DNA of 64,000 nt from Podarcis gaigeae. Lineage: Eukaryota. Position 1 is the first letter of the stretch, and each line of letters opens with the position of its first letter. The stretch lies in NCBI GenBank assembly GCA_964106915.2, contig OZ066916.1. One strand, written 5' to 3'. Below the pieces are notes generated by a model. That model made no database searches and was not told the DNA's origin. It saw nothing but the letters and a program-made list of their open reading frames with translations. Of the stretch, positions 63,659 to 64,000 are shown piece after piece. The position numbers were made by a program, and so were the translations under genes.

Positions 63659-64000
63659 GTAATAGGTCATCAGGTGCACTAGATGCCACTATGTCTCTTT
63701 AAACCAGTTTATACATTATAACTTCATCTCCTAGCAAACATGAAAGTATTTACCATTGGAGGTTTCTTGCGGCTACAAGCTACCTAGGGAATATTTACAA
63801 GGCTAGTACTTTTCAGTCTAAAATAGAACGTAGACATTTTTCAGCCAAGTCTTTTATTTCATTCTAAATAGGTACTTGTGGCTAAGTGACATGTCCAACC
63901 CCACCTTCTGACATTAAATCCCAGGTGTTTGATATTGGGTTTAAATATCTAAAGCAAATTGGTACAAATTCCTCTTAAGGAATTAAATTGCAATGTCTGA

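Noticed and set aside
57700-64000. 3' end of STX7, the neighbour expected from recalled human synteny
   Set aside because: No STX7-like coding exon found. Part of this could be UTR, but the sequence alone does not support that.

Overview
Vertebrate nuclear DNA. The Sauria-type SINEs, Squam3-like SINEs and a Bov-B 3' end point to a squamate reptile, most likely a lacertid lizard. The window holds one complete protein-coding gene, MOXD1 (DBH-like monooxygenase 1), on the minus strand: 12 GT-AG coding exons from 43034 (ATG) to 9874 (stop), 1833 nt / 610 aa, with all copper-ligand motifs intact. A CpG-island promoter lies at about 42.75-43.5 kb and two candidate AATAAA signals at about 9.6-9.8 kb. 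The rest is intronic or intergenic and dense in transposable elements: 6 Sauria SINEs, 5 Squam3-like SINE pieces, TA-flanked Tc1/mariner MITEs, hAT MITEs with 8-bp TSDs, 2 solo LTRs with 5-bp TSDs, CR1/L1/Bov-B/MIR fragments and 2 Penelope-like insertions. There is one assembly gap (2118-2338). The most unusual observations are: (1) a ~400-bp direct duplication bracketing MOXD1 exon 1 and its CpG island, with the upstream copy flanked by its own 48-bp direct repeats; (2) two Penelope-like insertions with internal inversions, each carrying a minimal hammerhead-ribozyme motif; (3) the same hairpin MITE family sitting at the same site and orientation in two Squam3-like SINEs; (4) inverted Sauria SINEs flanking the frame-symmetric exon 2; (5) a hAT MITE built from TTAGGG-containing repeats; (6) a tRNA-Leu PBS-like motif inside a solo LTR. 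I see no evidence of a new multi-gene system. Most ORFs in the track are spurious.
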